A program made the translations under genes and the position numbers. Shown here piece by piece: positions 10,200-20,802 of a stretch of DNA of 64,000 bases; position 1 is the first letter of the stretch; each line of letters begins with the position of its first letter. Location: positions 1 through 64,000 of the IMG/VR virus record IMGVR_UViG_3300032213_002832. One strand, 5' to 3'. The notes beneath the pieces were generated by a model that was given only the letters and a program-made list of their open reading frames with translations, was not told where the DNA came from and did not search any database. The stretch comes from a virus.

Positions 10200-12320
10200 A
10201 TGGCAAACAAAACAAAAGTAGACCGCATTCATGACGAGTTGCCACGCTATTTTAAAACTAAGCAGAATCCAAACTGGAAAGCACTCATAGAGACGCTTGG
10301 TGAATCAGATCAAAAGCTTGCTGACTTAACAGAGGAAGTTCGTAAGCAGTTCTTTATCAAAACAGCATCTCGACCATATATAGATAGGTTGGGTGCTAAC
10401 TATAAAGTATCTAGACCTAAGTATGTTGGAATGCAGGACAATGACTTCCGTAGGTATATACCAGTTTTGGCTTATCAGCCTAAGCAAGTAAAGCTTGTAA
10501 TGGATTTATTATTAGATATCTTCTTTTTTAAAGAGACCACTACATCCTTTACACAATCTATAGCATTTGATCCCTTTGTTCTAAAAGATGGTTGGGAACT
10601 AGAATATAAGGTTGATCAGATAAATCAAGAGCGCATAGTTTTTAAATCTGAAAACTTTACCAACATCTCTATAGCAACAGCTGATGAGGTTGTTGGTGCT
10701 ATTAACCGGCAAGCTCTTCATAGCTTTGCCATTGTTTTTGATGATCGTATTCAAAAGAAAAAGTTTATTCGCATATTCTCTAACACTGTAGGCGCCAAAG
10801 GTTCTATACAGATGGTTGGTGGACGAGCGAACATTGGCCTACAATTCAAGGGCTTTAATGAAGGTGCTGGTTCTAGTGTTGGAACTGCGTGGACGATCAC
10901 AAAGGTCGGCGATACCATGACATTCCAGCACACTGGCGGATCAACTCCTAACTTAAATCAAGTACAAGTAGGTGATATAGCTATAATTGACATCCCTGGA
11001 AATGTGGGCTCATTTGCTATAACCGATATTAACTTATCTACTAACTCTTTTACTTTTATAAACTTATTTGGTACAGCTGGAACACATACTCATACCTCTA
11101 ATACTGCTTTAAGATTTATTACTCCATTAAAGCTGGTAATATACAACAACGACTCACGCTCTGTAGTGTGGGAAGTATCCCCAGGACAGATAATAGTTGA
11201 GATGCCTGCTTCACCTCCTGTAGTAAAAAGAAGTTTGAAGGGATCTGGTCACTTAAACGGTTTCTCTGAAAGAGTTCAAAATAGATTAAGTGCTACAACT
11301 TTAGAAATCGCGAATGCTACAGATTGGCCTTTAAACGGTGGTCAGTTTGTTATTCAAGAGCTTAAAGAAATTAAGACTCATGTTCTCACTACTTCTGAAG
11401 ATATTGTCTTATCAAAAGACTTTAATACTCGATTTGATAAAAAGCAGATTTATCAGTATACTTCTAAGACTGGAAATATATTAAGTGGTATTACTCCAAA
11501 TCTTCCAGAAATTGCTCAGTTATTTGAAGCTAACATAGTTACAGCTACACGTGCCGGTACGACAGTTACAGTAGTCACAGCAACACCACATGGTTTTTTG
11601 GTTGGAGAAGGTGTTAAGGTTCAAAATACAGTTGGCGAAACTACCAAGAACGGTACTTTTGTAATAGAGTCAACACCCACTACAACTTCGTTCACATATT
11701 CTTCAATAGGCATTGCCGGTGTTAATACTGGCGGGGTAAGTAGAACAGAGAGAATTGGTATGTCAAATGATGGCAGTATCGCCCACCTAACTAGCGCACA
11801 GCTGGATACTGGTATTTTAGGTCCATATGAGTGGGATTTAGGGGCAGCATTTGTGATATCATCTCTGACTTCAACTATACAAGCAGAGATAAAAGCTGGT
11901 AATATAGTTAGGACTATGGAGATAGATTCTCCTAACAATATAGAAAATCAGGAGTCTTTTGCTATTTTTGACTTTGGTACTGAGTTCCAAGAAGGGCCAG
12001 TAAGAATACTTTATAAGCCCACCGCTAACTCTATACAACTTGATCCAGCTTATATATTTAAGCAAAATCATGAAATAGGTTCGAGTGTTACGATTATTCG
12101 CAAGCGTGGTGCTATAGTGATGAGTGGCTTAGGTAAAGAGTACAGTATGTATATCACTGATCCAAGTATAGCACGAGAGATTCTTCAAGATTTGATACGA
12201 CAAGTAAAATCAGTAGGTATATTCATAGAGTTTTTAATCAGGTACCCCCAACAAGTTTACGGGGTTTTGGATGTTTATAAAAGTGGTAGTACTACTTTAT
12301 ATCCTATAGGTCAGCAATAG
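10200..12320 (+). CDS. Baseplate wedge protein (gpI/gp7-like), extended
   Basis: TASRPYIDRLG...VSRP...DNDFRRYI motif; follows baseplate J; C-terminal QVKSVGIFIEF. Confidence 0.65.
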   Translation: MANKTKVDRIHDELPRYFKTKQNPNWKALIETLGESDQKLADLTEEVRKQFFIKTASRPYIDRLGANYKVSRPKYVGMQDNDFRRYIPVLAYQPKQVKLVMDLLLDIFFFKETTTSFTQSIAFDPFVLKDGWELEYKVDQINQERIVFKSENFTNISIATADEVVGAINRQALHSFAIVFDDRIQKKKFIRIFSNTVGAKGSIQMVGGRANIGLQFKGFNEGAGSSVGTAWTITKVGDTMTFQHTGGSTPNLNQVQVGDIAIIDIPGNVGSFAITDINLSTNSFTFINLFGTAGTHTHTSNTALRFITPLKLVIYNNDSRSVVWEVSPGQIIVEMPASPPVVKRSLKGSGHLNGFSERVQNRLSATTLEIANATDWPLNGGQFVIQELKEIKTHVLTTSEDIVLSKDFNTRFDKKQIYQYTSKTGNILSGITPNLPEIAQLFEANIVTATRAGTTVTVVTATPHGFLVGEGVKVQNTVGETTKNGTFVIESTPTTTSFTYSSIGIAGVNTGGVSRTERIGMSNDGSIAHLTSAQLDTGILGPYEWDLGAAFVISSLTSTIQAEIKAGNIVRTMEIDSPNNIENQESFAIFDFGTEFQEGPVRILYKPTANSIQLDPAYIFKQNHEIGSSVTIIRKRGAIVMSGLGKEYSMYITDPSIAREILQDLIRQVKSVGIFIEFLIRYPQQVYGVLDVYKSGSTTLYPIGQQ

Positions 12321-12342
12321 TCCTAAACCAACGGTTCACATA

Positions 12343-12349
12343 GTATAAT
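12343..12349 (+). promoter_or_regulatory. -10 box GTATAAT upstream of the long fibre gene
   Basis: Intergenic; no TTGACA-like element at canonical spacing. Confidence 0.5.
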
Positions 12350-12379
12350 TTAAGTATGGTAATGAATGGAGAATATTAG

Positions 12380-15300
12380 ATGAGTGTACTTGGAAGAATA
12401 CTCGTTGGTAGTGGACAAAGATTAGACTTAACTGATCTTTTATCGATAGATAGTTATGCGGCAGCTGACTTTAAATACCTTATCCAAAGCTTCATCGGAG
12501 CAAGCAAACCATATATCCTATATGGATTAGACGTTATTAATCCACAGGATGCTATTGGTACTGAAAATATTTCTATAAAAATCGCTGACTCAGTAGTTTA
12601 CTATCCTGGTTCACAGGCTGGTTCATTTTACTATGGCCTTAAAGAAGGCGATGTTAATGCGCAACCACTTATACCAGAACTTAGAAAAAATGCGACAAAC
12701 TTTGTTTATTTGACTTTTAGTACCTTTGATACAGCAAAAGATAGTAAAGCATTTTGGGATGCTGATCAGAATGGCGGTGCTGGTGGCGAATTCAGTCAAG
12801 ATGTTAATACTGAAACTGCTCTAAAAATTGAAGTAAACGTTTCCGTATCCACATTTCCAGAAAATACTATTCCAATCTGTAAGGTTGTAGTTGGTTCTTC
12901 TGTAATATCTTCTATTCAAGATTGTAGAGATCACTTCTTCAGACTTGGTACTGGTGGCATATCTCCTAATCCGTTTTCTACATATGATTTCCGAGATGAG
13001 CCAAACTCTACGTATGCTAGATTAGAACCACCTACTACAATGACCTCCGCATTAAATCCAAATCCTTTTAAAGGCGGTGATAAAAACATTCGCACCTTAA
13101 AAGAGTGGATGGATGTTGTAATGACTCGCATCAAAGAACTTGGCGGTACCTCATACTGGTACGAAGGTTCAGGCTCTGCGGGATCTAGTCCGAATGTTAA
13201 CAATATATTTCTTGATGCTCTTGGTAGCACTATTAAATCTAAAGGTGAATGGCAACATTCAAGTATTACTCCGGGAGAGGCTACTTGGACTGAGGACATA
13301 CACTATTATTCTTTGATTGATTCTCGTGACTTAATTATTAGAGCAACTACAATTAATTTACCTACTACTGATAAAGTAGCATGGATTGATATTAATCGTG
13401 GTGTTGATTTTAACGGCGTTTCTGCGCCAGCTGATTGGCAAAATGGCTTAAGTTATATAAATGGTGTAACTGGTACTTTTGCTAACCTATCTCAAGGTGA
13501 TTGGGTTAAGAAAACTGCTGATGCCAACTTATTGTTTTTAAGAGCAGAAGAGTTTTATGCTTCACCAGCACTCGCAGGCGGAACAACAACTCCGGCTCTA
13601 GCTCAATCTGTTAAATTAAGTGGAAACTATGCTGGCATAAGTGGCTCAGAAGTTGGTCAATATACTAAAGGTGAATATCTATTAACAGATATAAATGTAA
13701 CAGATAGAAATGATGCTGCGATTGATGCAGCCGGTGGTAATTTCTTCTGGTTAGCATATAGAAGTGATACATCATTAAGCTTAGCAAGTGCGGTAAGTAC
13801 CACTCTTTCTTTAAATATCACTGACCACGACGGTGAAGTAGCTACATGTACAACAGGTGCTGCTCACGGGTTGTTAGATAAAGATAGGATCACAATAGTT
13901 GGTGGCAGTTTTGCTGGCACATATGTAATTGAATATGAGAGCTCAACAGTATTTACAATTAGTAAAACTAGTGCTCCAATCGCTGATGATCTTGGTAGAG
14001 CAGCATACTATGGAATAGTTACAACTGCTGCTAGAAGTACTACTTATGGCTATGCTCTAGATTCCGCACAGCACGGTTTTAAATCTGGTGAGCAAATCAC
14101 TATCTCCAATGCTGCTCCTTGGAATGGTTCATATATAGTAAATTATCGTACAGCAACTTCTGTACAAGTACCTCTTGGAAGTGCTTTGACAGGTGTTGGT
14201 TCTACTCCAGGGGAAGTTGTAAGTCTTGCGCGCTTAAATGTAAGAACAGAATTTGGTACTGTTAAAGTAGTACAGGGTGAAACAGTAAATATTGGTGATA
14301 TGGATAGTGCTAACCTATTATCATACATTGGCATGGATTCATTAGCACAAACATATCCAGTATATAGTATCCCCAATAGTTATAATGCCTTAAATGGTGC
14401 TCACAACTACAACTCAATGATTGACGACGATTTAACTACACGCGTATCTAGACTCACTGCGATGATGGCAGATAGGGTTCAAGATCGTGGAACACAGATT
14501 GTTGGTCGTACCAATATCACCAGTGTAACAAGTGGCGCAAATCAAGAAATTAGCGCATTAGCTAACCTAACATTAAAAAGACCTGGTAGTTCAGATCAAA
14601 CTATTAATATGACTTCAGCTATTGCTCTTCCAGCTAATAGCGTGATTGTAATTAACATTGATCGAGATAGTGGCGTTGCTCTTACACCAGTTGTTGAGAG
14701 TTGGGGAAGTAGTTTCTTAATATCTGAAAATAAGATAATCTTATTCTATAGATTTAGTGATACAGCAGTATATACTTGGGATCACACTAAGATTGATCCA
14801 TCTGGGCATACAAACCTTCATAAACCAGAAGATGCGCAGAATAGAAATATTTGGGCATTTAATCCAGGTCAGGTAGTACTAAATACTACTAACGACATAT
14901 TGACATTAGATGTTAAGCAGGTATCAGAAGTAACGCGAGTTACAACTTTACCTTTTACTAGCATTGTTCAAAGCAGCTATTTTACATTTGAAGCGATTAG
15001 TTCTCTTGGTGTAATTACACAATATTATGTTTGGTACCAAAAGAACGGCATAGGAACAGATCCTGCGCTAGTTGGTTATACAGGTATTCTTGTAAATACA
15101 ACTACTGGACAAACAGCAGCACAAATTGCGACAAGTACTATTTCGGCAATAAACACAATTGCTGGTACATTAGTTACAGCAACAAACTATTCAGCCGATA
15201 CAGTTTTAATTACCAATGACTTTGTTGGCGCTGTTACAAGTGCGGCAGATGGTGTGTTGGCAACAACCTTCTTAATCAATATAGTAACCAAAGGTTTTAA

Positions 15301-17593
15301 TCCTGACATTGTAATAAACATCTCTGGATCTGCTGATGATAATACTATTGATGTAGATGCTATAAATACACTTGGAACTCTTGCTATACAAGATGGTGAA
15401 TCTGCTTGGATACGAATAAATAGATTTGGACCTAAAACATTCAATACTGTTGCTTTTGCTGATCTTCCAGATACAAATGTTGCTGGTAAGATTTACGTAA
15501 CCGACCATGCCGATATTCCAGTAGATCAAGATGTATTTGTTTTATGGTCACGTATTGGAAATAATATACTAGAAACACATTTTGGCAATCGTCCAGATGG
15601 TAATGTATATGATGAAACATATAATATTAGGACAGTATCGTCTGGAAACTACCAGATTGCTGGGCCGATTTCTGCTACTAGTGAGCTTTCATTACCTCTA
15701 GATAGTCGAGATGGTAGCACTGTTCAAGAGTATGTCGTTGGTTCTGGTCAACTTGAATTATATCTAAATGGTCAATACTTAATTAATGGTGTTGATTGGA
15801 GTGAAGTTGGTACAGCTGGTTCCCTCTCTCGTCGTATTGTAATTAACATTAATTTAGTAGTGGATGATGATTTAACATTCCGCTGTGATGCCCATGGCGC
15901 CGTATATTTTGCTGCGAGTGCTGGCGGTGGTGGTAGTTTACAAGATGCTTATGATAGCGGACGCTTCATAGCTGTTACAACTGGTCAACCAATTGAAATC
16001 ACAGGTACTCCAGGAACTAAATTATTGTCTGTTCAAGGTGATATGGAGGTTACTGGTGTAATTGACCCGGCTGGTATTACTTTTAGCCAAGAAATCTCAA
16101 ATCCTTTTGCCGCTCCAACCGATCATGGTTTGTGGAGAAATGGTTCAGATGAACTTATATATACGCCAGGTAGTAATCCAGATGTAAACATAAGTACGGA
16201 CTTTATTCGTCGTGATGGTTCACATACCATGTTGGCAGATTTAGATCTCAATAGTAATAAGATAACGAATTTAGTTGATCCAGTAGATCCACAAGATGCT
16301 GCTACTAGAAACTATATTGATGGTGAAGTTAATACAATCAATAGCGACTTTGTTCGTGTAGATGGCAGCAATGCCATGACCGCAGATCTTGATTTAGGTA
16401 GTAATCAGATCACCAATCTAGCTACTCCTACATTAGGTACTGATGCCGCTACAAAAGATTATGTTGATACTACTAAAGATAAAGTTACTGTATCATTAAC
16501 TAATACAACTGGTTCCACAATTTTAGCGGGCACAGTAGTATATATAAGTTCAGCAAATAATATTGCGGTTGCCGATGCTGACGCATTAGGTACTTCACTT
16601 GGTACAGTTGGTGTAGTGATATCAAATATAGCCAACACTGCTACAGGTTTCGTACAGGTTTCTGGTCGTGCTACTGTTCTTGGAACATTAACGCCAGGTA
16701 GTATTGCGTACCTATCATCTACGCCGGGTGAAGCTACAACTACTGCGCCATCTGCTACTGGTAAATCGTTAGTATCTCTTGGTATAGCATTAAGTGCGAC
16801 TGAAATTGATGTTAATGTAGAGTTTATTAAAGTTCTTGATAATCCATATGATGAAAGCTATACATTAGTTTCTGGTGCTCCAGGTAATAGTTATGAGTTA
16901 ACTGGTCCAATCACAGCTACCACCAATATAACTCTTCCAGTAGATAGTAGAAATGGTGGCGCAGCTAGAAGTTATGTAGTAGGATCTGGAATAATGCAGG
17001 TCTATTTGAATGGCGAGAAACTTCGTGTAGTTGATGATTGGTCAGAGGTTGGATCTTTTGGTTCATTAAGTACTTCAATTGTAATCAATCAAGATTTGGT
17101 TATTGGAGATTTACTAACCTTCATTATCCAACTAAATGGATCTACAGTTCTTGCTGGTGGCGGTGGTGGTGAAGCCAATACTGCTTCTAACGTTGGCTCT
17201 GGTGCTCAAGTATTCAAGCAAAAAGTAGGTTTAGATCTTCAGTTTAGATCGCTTATATCTACTTCTGGCTTATCTATAACACAAAACACAAACACTGTAG
17301 CAATAGCTACGGCACTAACGACTCGTGTTGTTAGCACGACTACAAGCGTGTTATCAACTGATGACTTATTATTAGTGGATACTTCTGGTGGTGCGGTTAC
17401 ATTAAATTTACCAGCTGCTTCTACAGTTCCAGGTAAGGTTTACTATGCTAAGAAAACTAGCGGTACCGCCAACAACATGATTATTGATCCTGATTCATCA
17501 GAAACAATTGATGGCTTAGCTACTAAAACAACCAACGTTCAATATGAAACCTTTACTTTCGTGAGTGATGGGTCGTCGTGGTGGATTCTTTAA
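12380..17593 (+). CDS. Long modular tail fibre / baseplate-attached structural protein
   Basis: 1737 aa, T/S/G-rich; internal duplications; DAATKDYVD stalk repeats; C-terminal [15 protein letters not shown]...ETIDG fibre domain. Confidence 0.7.
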   Translation: MSVLGRILVGSGQRLDLTDLLSIDSYAAADFKYLIQSFIGASKPYILYGLDVINPQDAIGTENISIKIADSVVYYPGSQAGSFYYGLKEGDVNAQPLIPELRKNATNFVYLTFSTFDTAKDSKAFWDADQNGGAGGEFSQDVNTETALKIEVNVSVSTFPENTIPICKVVVGSSVISSIQDCRDHFFRLGTGGISPNPFSTYDFRDEPNSTYARLEPPTTMTSALNPNPFKGGDKNIRTLKEWMDVVMTRIKELGGTSYWYEGSGSAGSSPNVNNIFLDALGSTIKSKGEWQHSSITPGEATWTEDIHYYSLIDSRDLIIRATTINLPTTDKVAWIDINRGVDFNGVSAPADWQNGLSYINGVTGTFANLSQGDWVKKTADANLLFLRAEEFYASPALAGGTTTPALAQSVKLSGNYAGISGSEVGQYTKGEYLLTDINVTDRNDAAIDAAGGNFFWLAYRSDTSLSLASAVSTTLSLNITDHDGEVATCTTGAAHGLLDKDRITIVGGSFAGTYVIEYESSTVFTISKTSAPIADDLGRAAYYGIVTTAARSTTYGYALDSAQHGFKSGEQITISNAAPWNGSYIVNYRTATSVQVPLGSALTGVGSTPGEVVSLARLNVRTEFGTVKVVQGETVNIGDMDSANLLSYIGMDSLAQTYPVYSIPNSYNALNGAHNYNSMIDDDLTTRVSRLTAMMADRVQDRGTQIVGRTNITSVTSGANQEISALANLTLKRPGSSDQTINMTSAIALPANSVIVINIDRDSGVALTPVVESWGSSFLISENKIILFYRFSDTAVYTWDHTKIDPSGHTNLHKPEDAQNRNIWAFNPGQVVLNTTNDILTLDVKQVSEVTRVTTLPFTSIVQSSYFTFEAISSLGVITQYYVWYQKNGIGTDPALVGYTGILVNTTTGQTAAQIATSTISAINTIAGTLVTATNYSADTVLITNDFVGAVTSAADGVLATTFLINIVTKGFNPDIVINISGSADDNTIDVDAINTLGTLAIQDGESAWIRINRFGPKTFNTVAFADLPDTNVAGKIYVTDHADIPVDQDVFVLWSRIGNNILETHFGNRPDGNVYDETYNIRTVSSGNYQIAGPISATSELSLPLDSRDGSTVQEYVVGSGQLELYLNGQYLINGVDWSEVGTAGSLSRRIVININLVVDDDLTFRCDAHGAVYFAASAGGGGSLQDAYDSGRFIAVTTGQPIEITGTPGTKLLSVQGDMEVTGVIDPAGITFSQEISNPFAAPTDHGLWRNGSDELIYTPGSNPDVNISTDFIRRDGSHTMLADLDLNSNKITNLVDPVDPQDAATRNYIDGEVNTINSDFVRVDGSNAMTADLDLGSNQITNLATPTLGTDAATKDYVDTTKDKVTVSLTNTTGSTILAGTVVYISSANNIAVADADALGTSLGTVGVVISNIANTATGFVQVSGRATVLGTLTPGSIAYLSSTPGEATTTAPSATGKSLVSLGIALSATEIDVNVEFIKVLDNPYDESYTLVSGAPGNSYELTGPITATTNITLPVDSRNGGAARSYVVGSGIMQVYLNGEKLRVVDDWSEVGSFGSLSTSIVINQDLVIGDLLTFIIQLNGSTVLAGGGGGEANTASNVGSGAQVFKQKVGLDLQFRSLISTSGLSITQNTNTVAIATALTTRVVSTTTSVLSTDDLLLVDTSGGAVTLNLPAASTVPGKVYYAKKTSGTANNMIIDPDSSETIDGLATKTTNVQYETFTFVSDGSSWWIL
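16198..16470 (+). repeat. Tandem ~45-aa fibre stalk repeat (two copies)
   Basis: [25 protein letters not shown]...DAATRNYID vs [25 protein letters not shown]...DAATKDYVD. Confidence 0.8.
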
Positions 17594-17607
17594 AATAGGA
17601 GGCTACT

Positions 17608-18054
17608 ATGTCATATAATCCGAATTTTGCTGGTTCATCTAGTGCTGCCGCAAGTCAGGCTATTAATACTACTGAGCTTAATAATACTGGTAGTTCTATT
17701 ACTAAATTAACACCAGTTCGTATTAATTCTAGTGGAAATATAGCTTTAATAGATGTTGCAGTTGAATCTGAAGCATTAGCAATAGCTGGCTTAACAGATT
17801 CTGATATAACTAATAGTAGTAGTGGAAATATAGTAAATTCAGGTAAAATTAAGAATATCACTACGACAGCTGTTTTTGGAGACATCTTGTTCTTGTCGAA
17901 AACTGGTGATATTACCAATATCAAACCGTCTATAGGGGTGGGTGGGTTTCTTGCTGGTGATTTTGTAGTGAAACTTGGGATAGTGGCTAAAAACGCCGAC
18001 GTTCCAACAGATAAAGACTTAATAGTACATATATCAATCGTGGGGCAATTATAA
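17608..18054 (+). CDS. Small structural protein (stand-alone cement/decoration-like domain)
   Basis: 148 aa, SD AGGAGG; homologous to domains inside the three neighbouring fibre proteins. Confidence 0.55.
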   Translation: MSYNPNFAGSSSAAASQAINTTELNNTGSSITKLTPVRINSSGNIALIDVAVESEALAIAGLTDSDITNSSSGNIVNSGKIKNITTTAVFGDILFLSKTGDITNIKPSIGVGGFLAGDFVVKLGIVAKNADVPTDKDLIVHISIVGQL

Positions 18055-18263
18055 TGAAGAGAAAAATCAACATAGATAAATTAGATAATAATCAACTTGA
18101 AACTGCTATAGAAAAGATATCTATAGAAATTAATAAAGAAGTTGATTATGCGTGCGAAAAAGCCAATAAGCTTTTAAATCGCTATGGGTTACAGTGTAAA
18201 ATGGCAGTTGTAATTGAAGCTTTAAAGAATGATGCCGAAGCCGGAATACATGATAAAATTTAG
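18054..18263 (+). CDS. Hypothetical protein (possible fibre chaperone)
   Basis: 69 aa, charged and helical; coupled to the previous stop (TAATG). Confidence 0.5.
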   Translation: MKRKINIDKLDNNQLETAIEKISIEINKEVDYACEKANKLLNRYGLQCKMAVVIEALKNDAEAGIHDKI

Positions 18264-18293
18264 CAGTAACTAATATTATTTTAAGGGATTTAT

Positions 18294-20477
18294 ATGGCTG
18301 ATGTATCAATTTTATCCAGGCTTGTCAACGGCGTACAACGCAACGTTGACTTATCAAGCAATACCATTGTCGTAAGTAGCATTAAAGTGGGTGGTTCTGG
18401 TGGAACTGTACTAACAAAGGCTATTCTTGATAGGTTGATTAGTCTACAGGACGGTAGTGATATTGGTGCTACTTATCACACTCATGATGGTCGTTATTTC
18501 ACTGAGACTGAACTTGGTGCTCAAACAAACGGTGCCTCTGGCGCAAGCTTAATTGGTATTGATGTTACACCTGCCTTCTCTAATTTTACCTCTGGTAACA
18601 ATGTACAGAGTGCTTTAGAAGGTATCGATTCCGCATTAGCTAGTGCTGGTGGCGGGTTGGTTAAAGTCTCTGCTGCTGATACAACTTCAGGTTATCTCGA
18701 TGCTTCACTTACAGCAGGTTCTGGTCTTAGTAAATCTATTACCAACCCTGGTGCTAACGAAGTTTTAGATTTAGCAGTTAATGTTGATGGTTCCTCTATC
18801 GAAATCAATGCCGATACGCTTCGTGTTAAAGCTTCTGGTATTACCTCTGCGATGCTTGCTGGCTCTATTGATGCTACAAAGATTGCTGATGGTAGTGTTA
18901 CCTCTACTGAATTCCAATACATTAATACATTATCAAGCAATGCGCAAGATCAACTTGATGCTAAAGTAGCAAAAGCTGGTTCTTCAATGACCTCTGCTGC
19001 TAATATCACATTCTCTGGTGGTGGTGAAGTTTTAGGCTTACCATCTACTCCGAGTGCTGCTGGTGCTGCTGCTTCTAAAGCGTATGTTGATGCTGTTGCT
19101 TTGGGTTTAGCTCCTAAAAAAGCAGTAAGAGTTGCTACATTAGTTACTGGCACACTCGCATCTAGTTTTGAAAATGGTGATGTAATCGACGGGATCACTC
19201 TTGTTACCGGTGACCGAATTCTTATTAAGGATCAGAGTACAGCTTCTCAGAATGGTATTTATACAGTTAATGCTTCCGGCGCTCCTACTAGAGCAACAGA
19301 TATGGATTCTCTTTCTCCTATTGATGAAGTCAATGGAGCATGGGTTCCAGTTCAATTAGGTACACAAGCTGGTCAAATCTTTGTTCAATATGGTGTTGTA
19401 TCAACAATTGGTACTGACGCTATAAATTTCGAATTCTATAATCCACTTGCTGCCCTTGTCGGCGGTGATATGATTACAAACTCGGGATCAACCTTCTCTG
19501 TTGATCTTGCTTCTACTTCTGGTCTTGAATCTACAAATGCTGGCAATGCTACTGGTCAATTGAGAGTTAAGCTTGAAGCATCTAACCCATCTCTAAAAAT
19601 TACCGGTTCAAATGAATTAGGCGCAAAATTAGATGGTTCTGGAGCGATTACTTCTGGTGCCTCAGGTCTTGCTGTTGGTGTAGATGGTTCGACTGTTGAA
19701 ATTAGTGCTAACGCCTTAAGAGTAAAAGATGCTGGTATTACATCTGCTAAATTAGCCGCAGCAGTTGCTGGAGCTGGTTTAACTGGTGGCGCTGGTTCAG
19801 CTCTAGCTGTTGGTGCCAACGCTGATTCTTCTATTACAGTTAATGCTGATGATATTCAAGTTAAAAGAGACTCCTCTGGAGCAATCTCTGTATCTGGCTC
19901 TGGTATCGCAGTTGCTACTGATGATGTAACAATTGAAAAATCTTCAAATGCGATAAGAGTTAAAGATTTAGGTATCTCCACAGCTAAACTTGCTGCTACC
20001 TCTGTAACGGCTGCTAAATTAGGCAGCGATGTTGCCGGTGCTGGACTTGCTGGTGGTAACGGTTCTGCCATCACAGTTTCATATGCCCCTAGTATTCAAG
20101 CAACTGGTGAAATTGCTGGTGAAGCATACTCTGCCACTACGCTATATGCTGTAAGATATGGCCAAAACGCAGAAACTGCGGGACGTTTATATAAAGCTGA
20201 TAACGATGCTACTTCAACTGATAATATGTATGTAATTGGCTTAGTACTAACAGTTGGTGCTTTATCAGCTGCTAACACAATGCCAGATGTTGTCAAAATG
20301 GGGCCAATGACTGTTACAGGACACGGCTTTACAGTTGGTAAGCCTGTTTATTTAGGTGCTTCTGGAGCACTTACAAGCACAGCTCCTACAACCTCTAACT
20401 TAGCAGTAGTGAGAGTTGGTATGGTTAAAAGTGCTAATATTATTGATGTTAATGTTCAAGTTGTTGGTGTAAACTAA
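18294..20477 (+). CDS. Tail or head fibre protein
   Basis: 727 aa, A/G/S-rich; repeated VDGSSIEI..LRVK..GITSAKLA units; GDRILIKDQSTASQNGIY domain typical of phage fibres. Confidence 0.7.
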   Translation: MADVSILSRLVNGVQRNVDLSSNTIVVSSIKVGGSGGTVLTKAILDRLISLQDGSDIGATYHTHDGRYFTETELGAQTNGASGASLIGIDVTPAFSNFTSGNNVQSALEGIDSALASAGGGLVKVSAADTTSGYLDASLTAGSGLSKSITNPGANEVLDLAVNVDGSSIEINADTLRVKASGITSAMLAGSIDATKIADGSVTSTEFQYINTLSSNAQDQLDAKVAKAGSSMTSAANITFSGGGEVLGLPSTPSAAGAAASKAYVDAVALGLAPKKAVRVATLVTGTLASSFENGDVIDGITLVTGDRILIKDQSTASQNGIYTVNASGAPTRATDMDSLSPIDEVNGAWVPVQLGTQAGQIFVQYGVVSTIGTDAINFEFYNPLAALVGGDMITNSGSTFSVDLASTSGLESTNAGNATGQLRVKLEASNPSLKITGSNELGAKLDGSGAITSGASGLAVGVDGSTVEISANALRVKDAGITSAKLAAAVAGAGLTGGAGSALAVGANADSSITVNADDIQVKRDSSGAISVSGSGIAVATDDVTIEKSSNAIRVKDLGISTAKLAATSVTAAKLGSDVAGAGLAGGNGSAITVSYAPSIQATGEIAGEAYSATTLYAVRYGQNAETAGRLYKADNDATSTDNMYVIGLVLTVGALSAANTMPDVVKMGPMTVTGHGFTVGKPVYLGASGALTSTAPTTSNLAVVRVGMVKSANIIDVNVQVVGVN

Positions 20478-20488
20478 GGGTGTAATTA

Positions 20489-20788
20489 ATGGCTAAGTTC
20501 TTACAAATCATAAATGGTATACCTCGGATGATAACAGAGACTGTTGCTGTTACCATTTATGATCAAACAACTACATTAGTCGCTGGAGTAACAACTGGAG
20601 TAGCTGTAACTTTACCAGCGTCTGGAACTTATACAAGTGAAGAACTTGAGGTTAGGCTAAATGGTGTTAAAATGGATTCAGGTATTGATTACAACTTTGT
20701 TGGATCACCACCTCGAACTCAAGTTACTTTTACTTTTGATTTAGTTATTGGTGATCAGTTAAACTTTAGAGTAGACAGACCGGCATAA
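20489..20788 (+). CDS. Small structural protein (stand-alone Ig-like LNG domain)
   Basis: LEVRLNGVKMDSGIDY...FDLVIGDQLNFR matches two domains in the 1737-aa protein. Confidence 0.6.
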   Translation: MAKFLQIINGIPRMITETVAVTIYDQTTTLVAGVTTGVAVTLPASGTYTSEELEVRLNGVKMDSGIDYNFVGSPPRTQVTFTFDLVIGDQLNFRVDRPA

Positions 20789-20802
20789 ATAGGAGAATTT
20801 AG

